Positions 1-8,695 of a stretch of DNA of 64,000 bases are shown here, piece after piece. The DNA is from Candidatus Omnitrophota bacterium (GTDB taxonomy: Bacteria; Hinthialibacterota; Hinthialibacteria; Hinthialibacterales; Hinthialibacteraceae): the NCBI GenBank assembly GCA_016934335.1, contig JAFGTC010000316.1, positions 5,488-69,487 of the forward strand, in the 5' to 3' direction. The first letter of the stretch is position 1. Every line of letters begins with the position of its first letter. The notes under the pieces are model-generated. The model ran no database searches. It had not been told where the DNA came from and saw only the letters and a program-made list of their open reading frames with translations. Both the position numbers and the translations under genes were made by a program.

Positions 1-1066
1 CGCGCAGGCGCTCCAGGGCCTCATGCTCGTCAATGCAGATCGGTTCGTCGGATCGGTTGCCGCTGGTGGCGATCACGGGACAATTCAGTTCGCGCAGCAG
101 GATGTGATGCAGCGGCGTATAAGGAAGCATGACGCCGAGGTACGGATTCCGGGGCGCCGCTTCGTTGAAAATGTCTGAAAGTCCGGATTTTTCCCGGCGC
201 TTCAGCAAAACAATCGGTGATTCGGGAGAAAGAAGAATTTTTTCTTCCAACTCGGAAACATGGCAGACTTCCCGAACGGCATCCAGATTGGGAAACATGA
301 CGGCGAAGGGCTTCTCTTCGCGAAATTTACGCCGGCGCAAGCGTTTGACCGCATCCGGATCGCCGGCGGCCGCCATAAGATGAAATCCGCCGAGGCCTTT
401 GACTGCGGCTGTTTTTCCCTCAAGAATCCACCAAACCGTCTCGAGAATTGCATCGTGACGTTGGGAAAGCACATGACCGTTATGATCCCAAGCCTCCACC
501 TGAGGTCCGCAGGCGGGGCAGGCGTTGGGCTGCGCATGAAACCGGCGATTGAGGGGATCTTCGTATTCAGCCCGGCATTCAGGACACATTTCGAATCGTC
601 TCATGCTGGTGTTCGGGCGGTCATAGGGCAAAGACTGGACGATGCTGAAGCGCGGGCCGCAGTGCGTGCAATTGGTGAATGGATACAGATAACGGTGGTC
701 GGCGGGATCGAAAATTTCCTTTAGGCATTCGCGGCAAGTCGCCAAATCGGGCAGCAGCAAGGCGGTTTTTGTTCCAGAATTCGAACTATTGCGAATCTCG
801 AAGCCAGTAAACCCGGCAGGATCCAGGTCGCCGCATTGAATCGATTGAATTATGGCGTGCGGCGGCTTCTCGGATTGGATGCGCTGAACAAACCACTCCA
901 GGCGATTGGGAGGCCCCTCGACCTCCACAATCACTCCCTGCGAACTGTTTTTCACCCACCCCGGCAATTGCATCTCTTCGGCCAGCCTGAACAGGAAGGG
1001 CCGGAATCCGACTCCCTGCACGGCGCCATTGATGATAACCTGAGTGCGGCGAACGCCTGTTTTCAT
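1..1066 (-). CDS. hypF: [NiFe]-hydrogenase maturation carbamoyltransferase HypF, N-terminal ~355 aa. The gene continues beyond the left window edge. It carries an acylphosphatase domain, two CxxC-x18-CxxC zinc fingers and the start of a YrdC-like domain.
   Basis: I translated the minus strand by hand from the ATG at 1066-1064. It reads MKTGVRRTQVIINGAVQGVGFRPFLFRLAEEMQLPGWVKNSSQGVIVEVEG (acylphosphatase). It continues CRECLKEIFDPADHRYLYPFTNCTHCGPRFSI and CPECRAEYEDPLNRRFHAQPNACPACGP (two Zn fingers). It then reads ILEGKTAAVKGLGGFHLMAAAGDPDAVKRLRRRKFREEKPFAVM (YrdC/Sua5-like). There is no stop through position 2. The ORF is missing from the track because it has no in-window stop. Confidence 0.85.
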   Translation of the reverse strand, partial: MKTGVRRTQVIINGAVQGVGFRPFLFRLAEEMQLPGWVKNSSQGVIVEVEGPPNRLEWFVQRIQSEKPPHAIIQSIQCGDLDPAGFTGFEIRNSSNSGTKTALLLPDLATCRECLKEIFDPADHRYLYPFTNCTHCGPRFSIVQSLPYDRPNTSMRRFEMCPECRAEYEDPLNRRFHAQPNACPACGPQVEAWDHNGHVLSQRHDAILETVWWILEGKTAAVKGLGGFHLMAAAGDPDAVKRLRRRKFREEKPFAVMFPNLDAVREVCHVSELEEKILLSPESPIVLLKRREKSGLSDIFNEAAPRNPYLGVMLPYTPLHHILLRELNCPVIATSGNRSDEPICIDEHEALERLR

Positions 1067-1588
1067 TGATCTTAATCTTCCAGCAACCTGATTGAGGAAC
1101 ATTGAATCAGAAGCTTACCTGAAACCGCCGTATAATGCATGGCCGCCGAAATGTCCAAATTCGAAATCATGTTCAAATTCGAACAGATTCTGTTTAATAA
1201 AATGCTTTATGAATTTGTTCTATGATCGCTGATTTATTGAGACATCATTAACCCCAATACAAAACCGCCAAAGAATTTGGGGAACTATCTATTAGATAAG
1301 TACTTGAATACAAATAAATAACTAAAATTACTCGCAATAAAAAAAAGAAAATATTAGATTGAGAGCATTGTCTTACAAACACTGGCACGCAATTTGTTAA
1401 TCATGAAGATAACCATCCATAAGGATGAAAAAAAACAAGGCTTTTCTCCTGCGTGAAACGAAGCGAAGATCTCCTTCGCACTTTCCTCCCCAGCCCGATG
1501 TCCCCCAATCCATCGGGCCATTTTTTTGTCCGCGCGCCGGAACGCAGCGAAGCATCCGATAGAGACGAATTCTTTTGCTTTCCTCTCC

Positions 1589-2623
1589 TCATAAAATCGT
1601 TTTTCGGTCTTCGGGGAAAGTGAAGCCGAGGGATTCGAGGATTTTGATCAATCCCATCTTCAACGGGGTTCGCGTATACCCTAACTCGGTGATGGCTTTT
1701 TGGGATGAAAATCGCCAATGCCTAAGATAGACGTCCACCGTATCGCGAGTCAATTTAGGCAGGTAATTATTCGATAAACGCGCGCGCAGTTCCTCCATAC
1801 AGGCATAACCTTTCGCTAGTGGATAGGGGATTTTCAAGCGGGGGCGTTTAATCCCGGTCAACTCTTGCAGAATGTCGAACAGTTCATTCAGCGAAGCGTC
1901 TTCGCCGCCCAGGATGTAACTCTCTCCTTGCCGTCCATTCTCCAGGGCCAGAAGATGCCCTTTGGCGACATCGTCGACAAACGAATAGGTCCAGCGGAAG
2001 CGCCCGTCGCCTACATAACCGGGGATTCGGCGATGAATATAATCGTCGACCATTTTGGTGATGTAATTGCCCTGCGTCGCCTTCCCCGGGCCATAGATCA
2101 AAACAGGATAAACGGGAATTATATCCAAACCGTCTTGAATCCACTCGCGCACCTTCTGCAATGCGTTCATTTTGCTGCGCGCGTATGGAGTCATGGCGGA
2201 TTCGTCCGGATTCCACCACGATTCGTCCGCCGGACGTTCGTCGGTGGGCCCCAAAGCGAAGAAGGAAGAGGTATAAATCACTCGCTCGACGCCGGCGTTC
2301 TTCGCCGCCTTCAGGACATTTCCCGTCCCGTCGACATTAACGCGATAAAAATCCTGCACGTCGCGGCGCCAGATGGATACCAAACCGGCCGTATGAATTA
2401 CAGCGCGGCAATCCCGCATGGCCGCCGCAAGCGATTCCGGCCGGGATAGGTCGCCCTGCGCCGCTTCCACTCCCTCGGGGAAAACGCCGTTCGATGGATT
2501 TCGGCACAAGGCTCGAACCGCATGCCCCCGCTCATGCGCTTCCCGAACTATTTTTTCTCCTAGATATCCTGTCGCGCCGGTGATGAGTATTTTCATGGTC
2601 TCTGAATTTCCAATGCCGTCCAT
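1589..2623 (-). CDS. NAD(P)-dependent epimerase/dehydratase, SDR family
   Basis: N-terminal Rossmann motif KILITGATGYLGEKIV. Length of 344 aa is typical for sugar-nucleotide epimerases or reductases. Confidence 0.8.
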   Translation of the reverse strand: MDGIGNSETMKILITGATGYLGEKIVREAHERGHAVRALCRNPSNGVFPEGVEAAQGDLSRPESLAAAMRDCRAVIHTAGLVSIWRRDVQDFYRVNVDGTGNVLKAAKNAGVERVIYTSSFFALGPTDERPADESWWNPDESAMTPYARSKMNALQKVREWIQDGLDIIPVYPVLIYGPGKATQGNYITKMVDDYIHRRIPGYVGDGRFRWTYSFVDDVAKGHLLALENGRQGESYILGGEDASLNELFDILQELTGIKRPRLKIPYPLAKGYACMEELRARLSNNYLPKLTRDTVDVYLRHWRFSSQKAITELGYTRTPLKMGLIKILESLGFTFPEDRKTIL

Positions 2624-2706
2624 TTTTTTTTCTATCCATTATTGAATGCGATATCCCATCGGACAAGACCAATAGATTCTCATCGTCGGATAGAAGAAAT
2701 GATGAT

Positions 2707-4119
2707 TTATTTTCGCACGGTCTGGATTAACTTTTTCAATTCCTCCTGCGTCAATACGCCCGACAAGCGCGCCGCGGCGTAAAGAATGACGGGATAAAGA
2801 AATGGAATCGCAAACAAAGGCAGGCCGGGAATAATCCACAATGCGAATCCGGAAAAAAGCGAAACGCCCAGGATGCCCAGAGGCTTGATCCATGGAATCC
2901 GAATTCCAAAAAGCCGCCAGGCGACGCCCCCCATCACCAGAAAAAGCGCTCCCTGCGAAATCAAGGTCGCATAGGCGGCTCCCGCCTGCGCAAAAAGGGG
3001 AATCAAAAGCCAGTTGCTCGCAAACGAAAATCCCACCGCCCCGCCGGTGAAGGCGACGAGCAGGCGCTGCCGGTTGCGCGATGTAAATACGATAATCAAC
3101 AGCGTGTTCAAGATGGATAAATTTAAGGTAATCGACAGCACACGAAGCACGGATCCTGAAATCGGCTGGTTATTGGGAATCAGGTTCATCCATTCCGGCG
3201 ACCAGAATCCTAAAAAGGCCGTCGCCGGGATGGTGAGCGTCAACAGGACAACCACCGATTGTTGAAACAATCGCTGATACGAATCGTCGTCCGTTTCGTG
3301 CAGCCGCGAGAAAACCGGATAGACGGCGATCAAATAACCGGACGCCAGCATGATCAATCCCTCCATCAACTGGCTGGCGTAGGTGTAAGGAGCCACCGAT
3401 TCCACGCCCATCAGGTAATCGATCATCATGACGTCTAAACTGAGATAAAAAATATTGAAGAACGAATACAAGGCCAGCGACCACGATTCGGAGATCATGT
3501 ATCGGATGGTCGAGAACGAAAATTTGGCTCGAATGGGGAAAAAACGAAGCGAGACGGCGCCCAGCATCACAAACCAAAGAACGTTTTCCAGCGAAATCGC
3601 CGCCGCCGAAACGATTAAATTCCATCCCAGCCCGAGCGTGACCGCTAAAATCGAAATGGAGATCAAGCGCGAGGGAAGATTGGTGTAAAACACATACTCC
3701 ATCCGCTCGACGGCGGTGAAGGCGCTGCGTATAACGCCCGTCATGGACAACATCAGCGAACCGAACAGAGCCGTATAAATGACGGCCAGTTCAAAGACGC
3801 CTTTCTCGCGCACGGCGGTCAAATAGAAGAACGCGCCGATGATGAACGGAACGCTCAGCGACGCCTTCATGACCAATCCGTGAAAGAGAAACTCCGGCAC
3901 GCGATCCGGCGCCCGCGCCCCGTCGCGGGAGATCAGATTATCCAGGCCGCCGTCTGTAAAGGTGCGCCCGATTCGGCCGAAACTGAGCGCGTACGACATG
4001 ATGGAGAACCAATGAGCCGGCAGCAGCGACACCAGCAGCACGTAGCGAATGACGCCCGATGCGCGGCCGAATATGTTGAACAGACCCATGAAGATGGAGT
4101 TGCGGACAAGAGTGCTCAC
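2707..4119 (-). CDS. Polytopic membrane protein of the MOP (MurJ/Wzx-like) flippase superfamily; polysaccharide biosynthesis/export
   Basis: 470 aa, about 12-14 hydrophobic helices. The N-terminus IFMGLFNIFGRASGVIRYVLLVSLL resembles MurJ/MviN and oligosaccharide flippases. It overlaps the upstream gene by 4 bp, which suggests an operon. Confidence 0.6.
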   Translation of the reverse strand: MSTLVRNSIFMGLFNIFGRASGVIRYVLLVSLLPAHWFSIMSYALSFGRIGRTFTDGGLDNLISRDGARAPDRVPEFLFHGLVMKASLSVPFIIGAFFYLTAVREKGVFELAVIYTALFGSLMLSMTGVIRSAFTAVERMEYVFYTNLPSRLISISILAVTLGLGWNLIVSAAAISLENVLWFVMLGAVSLRFFPIRAKFSFSTIRYMISESWSLALYSFFNIFYLSLDVMMIDYLMGVESVAPYTYASQLMEGLIMLASGYLIAVYPVFSRLHETDDDSYQRLFQQSVVVLLTLTIPATAFLGFWSPEWMNLIPNNQPISGSVLRVLSITLNLSILNTLLIIVFTSRNRQRLLVAFTGGAVGFSFASNWLLIPLFAQAGAAYATLISQGALFLVMGGVAWRLFGIRIPWIKPLGILGVSLFSGFALWIIPGLPLFAIPFLYPVILYAAARLSGVLTQEELKKLIQTVRK

Positions 4120-5285
4120 GAAGCGGTCTCCGGCGAAGCCAGTCGCGCGTTCAACGACAGAAAGCGCACCCAGAGCGGCTGGGGCGTCGCAGGCGAACCG
4201 TCTTCGATCAATACATGAAAATTCAGGAGGCTGCGTTCGCGCAGATCATCGAAATGCAGTTCAAATCGCGGGTGAGATACCGGCTTCAAATTCAGCGTTT
4301 GGGTTCGATCGTTGATGGAGGCGTAGATCAATACGTTTTTCTGGAAAGGATTTTCCAACTCGCCTGCAATTTCTAGCGCCTTCCCCTTCGGATTCGAAAC
4401 ATAACAATCCATTCGAAGATGATGATTATGAATTACGGCAATCGCCATGTCTCGAAACGATTGGGGCGAGTAAAAAGAGGAAAGCAAATCGCCGTTTTCG
4501 GGATAAAAGTCTTTCATGGCGCCGCCCGAGCATCGGTCGTGAAAATACTGCGCGCTGTAATCCACCGGGCGCTGTTCCATGTATTCGCTCCACAGCCGCA
4601 CGGCCGCTTCCGCAGAGCCCCGAATGCCCGCGAGATGCGCTTGCAGGTATAGAGACTCGATGCTCTGTTCAAAACGCGCCTCCGCGAACGGCTGCAGGTC
4701 GCGGCTTAGATCGTTCGAAGCGAAGCGCGTATATTCATAAAGCGGCCGCGACGCGATCGGCGCGGCGTTCTTGAGCAGATCGATGCGGAGAATGCGGTAT
4801 CCCGCCCGCAAAGCCAAATCGCCGGTATTGTATAGTGAAACTGATTTGTAATAATGTTTCGCCTGTTCAGCGGACGAATCGTCTTCCAATCGTTCATACA
4901 GGCGCCCCAGTTCAAAATACGGCCATCCCATTCGCAGCGAGGGATAGAGATCGATCGACTGTTCTAAAAATCTCCGAGCAGGATCTAGATAGATTGACTC
5001 CGGACGACCCAACAGCGCCCCGCCCAATAAAAAATAATAATCGGCGATGAGACGCGCCGCCTCCCCTCCCCGCCTCGGAGCAAGAGCCCGGCGTTGAAAA
5101 CGAATATAGGATTCCGCCGATTCCACCAGACGATCCATTTCCGAATTCGGGGCGGCAACGATTTCTCGCAAGATCGCTTCGAAGCGATCTTCGGCGGAAT
5201 GCTCCGGCCAGGAAGCGAACAAGACCGCCGAAGCCAGGAGGATCACTCCCAAAGGAACAAATATATGCAACCGCTTCGACGTCAT
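4116..5285 (-). CDS. Hypothetical protein with N-terminal signal-anchor; function unknown
   Basis: 389-aa ORF. N-terminal hydrophobic segment LHIFVPLGVILLASAVLFASW. Stop/start overlap with the flippase gene. Confidence 0.5.
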   Translation of the reverse strand: MTSKRLHIFVPLGVILLASAVLFASWPEHSAEDRFEAILREIVAAPNSEMDRLVESAESYIRFQRRALAPRRGGEAARLIADYYFLLGGALLGRPESIYLDPARRFLEQSIDLYPSLRMGWPYFELGRLYERLEDDSSAEQAKHYYKSVSLYNTGDLALRAGYRILRIDLLKNAAPIASRPLYEYTRFASNDLSRDLQPFAEARFEQSIESLYLQAHLAGIRGSAEAAVRLWSEYMEQRPVDYSAQYFHDRCSGGAMKDFYPENGDLLSSFYSPQSFRDMAIAVIHNHHLRMDCYVSNPKGKALEIAGELENPFQKNVLIYASINDRTQTLNLKPVSHPRFELHFDDLRERSLLNFHVLIEDGSPATPQPLWVRFLSLNARLASPETAS

Positions 5286-5413
5286 CCTATTCCTTCACTT
5301 TGTCTTCGATTCTAAACAATCCTGCAGACTCTCTGCATCCAACAAACCATGTGGAGGATGCGCCATGAAAGAGATTTCTATGGCCGCATTACCCTGCACA
5401 ATCTCGAGCCGGT

Positions 5414-5719
5414 TCAAAATTTCTTTTTCTTTTTTTTCTTGGGCGCCGGCGTTCGCCCCCATACGATATAGGCGGTTAAAAACAGCCCGATGCCAAAGGC
5501 GAACACGATCAAGGCGCCCCAATTCTGCTCATTGCCGCCGATGGGCCGACCCTGCGTCGCCCCCGTTTCTTCTTTATCGCTCGCTTGAGCGTGGATAAGA
5601 CCGATCGAACTATCCGCCGCCTGCCAGACCGCCGTCTCGCGCCAGGCGATTTGCTCCAACGAATCCAACATTCCGCCAACCCAACTTGCGAAGACGATTG
5701 AAATTAATACAAGATTCAT
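5414..5719 (-). CDS. Small putative membrane protein (two hydrophobic helices) with a C-terminal KKKKKKKF tail
   Basis: 101-aa ORF with two hydrophobic stretches (LVLISIVFASWVGG and ALIVFAFGIGLFLTAYIVW). The tail is encoded by the T-rich tract at 5421-5445. It is mutually exclusive with the alternative ORF 5295..5522. Confidence 0.3.
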   Translation of the reverse strand: MNLVLISIVFASWVGGMLDSLEQIAWRETAVWQAADSSIGLIHAQASDKEETGATQGRPIGGNEQNWGALIVFAFGIGLFLTAYIVWGRTPAPKKKKKKKF

Positions 5720-5869
5720 TGCGCCAAATGCACCCTCCTCATTCTATGGAATATATCAGTATGACGGCGCCAAAACCTCTTCATCAAGTGGCGCAAGAAA
5801 AAAACAAAGAACGCCGTTATTCGTTATGCCGGTGGATTCGGACTGATTTAAAGATATCCTCGCCGCTCT

Positions 5870-8440
5870 TTATGGAATGCAATAAAATTCCACTCGCCCG
5901 TCGATCCCTTCTTTAGGCTCGACATGAAACTGAACGGCGCCGGCGGTCGATTCGCCGCGAATTTTGCGCAGCAGGTTCGATTTCATGAAAAACACGCGGT
6001 TGCGATCCGTCGCTCCTTGGATCATCACATCCGCGGGGGCCGTGTATTTCAACGTATAGAGATTGTCTTTCGTCTGCGTGAGCTCCGCCGTGTTCTCATA
6101 AAACAACTGATCGCCGACCTCGATTTCCGCGCCCAGGCCCGGCTGCGGCGACATCGAATTGGGCCGATGACGCAGATGAACGGTTTGAAATCCTTCGGAA
6201 GAGTTGATATTCTCGATCACCAGCGGCCGATACATCACCGGCGCCGACCGGGTAGAAAGAACCTGGATCAAATCGCTGCGCAGCGTCGCGCCGGTCGGAA
6301 GGGGATGGGTAAAATCAACATCGACGATGGAATCGGTCGAATCGACGCCGCGTACGACGCCAAAGTTCAGCGCGGCGTCCATCTGCAAGCCATAGGCGTC
6401 GTACCGCAGAGAACCGCCTCCCGCCAACCGCATCCGCTGCACTTTCCCTTCTTTTAAAAGTACATGCGCAAAATTGCCCTGGAATACAATCTTGCCGCCT
6501 TTATATCGGCTGCTGAATTCAACATCCGGATTGAGGCTGAATAAATAGAGATGCTCTTCGCCTCCCCGGATCAACGCGAACGCAAACGCTTGGAATCCCC
6601 GCCGGTTCACGCCGGGATCGAGCGGCAGTTGTTCGAATTGGATATTCGAAGGCTGCTTTTCTTTGAACCGTTCGTGAATCATCACATAGAGATCCCCCTC
6701 ATCTCCCGCCGACGTTCGGCGGGAAATCAACGAAGCGCCCGCCCCATGTTTAGCGGCGATCAACTGCGATCCCGCCGGATCGATCATCCACAATCGCCGG
6801 CGAATATCGCTTCCCGGAAGCGGATTAAAAGCAACGCCGTAGATTCCTTTCATCTCAGCGCTCACGATTTCTTCCGAGTCGATCAACCAGGGATATTCCC
6901 CGGATGGAGCGTTAAACGGCGCCCATTCTCCATGGATCAGCGATTCGATCCCCGCAGGCGAGTGATACATCCAATCATGGACGCGCCCGCCCCGCACCCG
7001 AAACAGATCGATCAGAAAAGGCGAGGATAAAAAGAGGATTCGCTCGTAAGACAAGACCGGCGTCGATGCGGCGCCGGTCGGATAGGCGCTCCGCTCCGTG
7101 TACTGGCCGGCCGCCGCCGCCCGCGCATAGACTGCTCCGTCATCGAAGACTTTACACGAATAAATATAGCCGTTCTGCGCTTCCTCTTTGCCGGTTGGAG
7201 CGGAGGGCTGCAGCGTTCGATCGACGACGACCGTGTTGGACGCATGATCGCCCTTAGAATCAAAGCGATCGGCGAACGGCGAGAATTCATCTTTCCATTC
7301 CAGCGACAGCATAGCCGGCGATTGGCCGCGCCCCGATAAACCGGTATCCATGTATACAGCGAGGGGAATTTCACCCGGCGATTGGTGCATGACGACGGCG
7401 CCCGTTTGAGGCAGGGCGGTTGTGGCGGATACTTCTCCAGCCGTTTTTGCCTCTATCGATCCACCGATCAACAGCGACTCGGCGGAACGAGGTCGCTCTT
7501 TATAAATCCGACTCAATATCTCGCTAAGCCCGGCTATCGCGTACATCTCTCCTCCCCGCTCTAAAAAGGGAACCAGAATGTTCAGCGGCGGCGGTTCGAT
7601 CGCCGAGGGGAAATTTCCGTCGGGATGCGTTAAATCGCGAACCAGTTCCAGCGATTTTTGAGCGTACGGCTCAATGGGAGAAGCCAAATCGGGCGAACAG
7701 GATTTCAGCGCGGCGCAAGCAACCAGGAGAATCCGGCCGGCTTCAAGATGCTCCCGCATATCCCCCTCGCCGATAAGACCTTCGGGCGAGACGGATCGCG
7801 CGACGATTTCTTCGAATCCGGGCTCATCATGATCTCCATACAGCGCTTCTCCAACATACTCTGTCGCTCCGGCCAGCAATCCGGCGTATAAACAGAAAGA
7901 CGAAAAATAAAGCGCGTTTTGTTCGCTAGTTTTTCTTCGATCCCAAAAGCGCAGAACTCTCGCATGCAATTGCTCTCGAAGTCCGTCTTTCCGCGGAGAA
8001 TCCAACTCGTCCCATTCCGGACAAGCCGCCAGGCAATCATAAGCCTTCAAACCGGGATAGACGGTCATCCAGGTCTCTGCATCAAGATTTGAATCCGATG
8101 CGCCGACCGAGTTTTCCAATGCAGCGACGGCGCGCTCGAGTCGCGCCTTCTCGCCGAACAAAGCAGCTTTGAGACACAAGGCCCACAGTTCGCCTTCAGA
8201 TTGATTCGAAGCGCTCATCTGGGCGTCGATGGTCGCTTCGCTCCATCCAACTCGCTTGACCTGATCGCGCGCCTGCCGCACCTGTTCTTTGTCATAAGTC
8301 AGCGGCGGAAGGCAATCTTTCATCCAGGAGAGTTCCAGCGCAGACTCTTCCGACAAATTTTGCCCTGACGCGCCGCCGGAGAAGCCTAAGATCACCGCCA
8401 GCAATACAATGCCGCTCCACAGATTCTTGATTGATTTCAT
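5870..8440 (-). CDS. Large secreted protein, possibly alpha/alpha-toroid polysaccharide lyase-like (heparinase II/III-like)
   Basis: 856 aa. Signal peptide MKSIKNLWSGIVLLAVILGFSGGASG. The product is guessed only from a helix-rich N-terminal half followed by a beta-rich C-terminal half. Confidence 0.45.
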   Translation of the reverse strand: MKSIKNLWSGIVLLAVILGFSGGASGQNLSEESALELSWMKDCLPPLTYDKEQVRQARDQVKRVGWSEATIDAQMSASNQSEGELWALCLKAALFGEKARLERAVAALENSVGASDSNLDAETWMTVYPGLKAYDCLAACPEWDELDSPRKDGLREQLHARVLRFWDRRKTSEQNALYFSSFCLYAGLLAGATEYVGEALYGDHDEPGFEEIVARSVSPEGLIGEGDMREHLEAGRILLVACAALKSCSPDLASPIEPYAQKSLELVRDLTHPDGNFPSAIEPPPLNILVPFLERGGEMYAIAGLSEILSRIYKERPRSAESLLIGGSIEAKTAGEVSATTALPQTGAVVMHQSPGEIPLAVYMDTGLSGRGQSPAMLSLEWKDEFSPFADRFDSKGDHASNTVVVDRTLQPSAPTGKEEAQNGYIYSCKVFDDGAVYARAAAAGQYTERSAYPTGAASTPVLSYERILFLSSPFLIDLFRVRGGRVHDWMYHSPAGIESLIHGEWAPFNAPSGEYPWLIDSEEIVSAEMKGIYGVAFNPLPGSDIRRRLWMIDPAGSQLIAAKHGAGASLISRRTSAGDEGDLYVMIHERFKEKQPSNIQFEQLPLDPGVNRRGFQAFAFALIRGGEEHLYLFSLNPDVEFSSRYKGGKIVFQGNFAHVLLKEGKVQRMRLAGGGSLRYDAYGLQMDAALNFGVVRGVDSTDSIVDVDFTHPLPTGATLRSDLIQVLSTRSAPVMYRPLVIENINSSEGFQTVHLRHRPNSMSPQPGLGAEIEVGDQLFYENTAELTQTKDNLYTLKYTAPADVMIQGATDRNRVFFMKSNLLRKIRGESTAGAVQFHVEPKEGIDGRVEFYCIP

Positions 8441-8631
8441 GATTCAATTCGGCTTTCTTTACCTTTTTACTAATTAACGGAACTAAATTGTAGTTCATCA
8501 CTGGTCAAGAAGGGATAGCGACGCATCATTTCCGCCCGCATTACCATATATAGCACAATCGCGCCCAACCGACATTTGTTGCAGAGTTTTGATGACGCAC
8601 AGAAAGTGAACGTATGGAATTTGAGTGCACA

Positions 8632-8677
8632 ATAAAAAAAAGCGAGCGGCAATACGTGCGGCTCGCTGATTTTTTTA
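8632..8677. terminator. Rho-independent (bidirectional) terminator downstream of the 8696..10102 gene
   Basis: A9 tract, then an imperfect hairpin AGCGAGCGG-N9-CGGCTCGCT, then a T7 tract. On the minus strand this reads hairpin followed by a U-run. Confidence 0.5.
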
Positions 8678-8695
8678 TAATATGAGTAAGGATGT

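Noticed and set aside
129-1069. Track ORFs 129..383(+), 202..537(-), 260..724(+) and 836..1069(+) as candidate genes
   Set aside because: All lie inside the hand-translated hypF frame (minus strand, 1..1066). They are either antisense or out of frame, with Arg/Gly-rich junk composition typical of GC shadow ORFs.
1382-1398. Sigma-54-like -24/-12 element TGGCACGCAATTTGTT on the plus strand in the AT-rich region
   Set aside because: The -12 box is TTGT instead of the essential TTGC. It points away from hypF and into the 3' end of the minus-strand epimerase gene, so it has no target. It is most likely a chance match.
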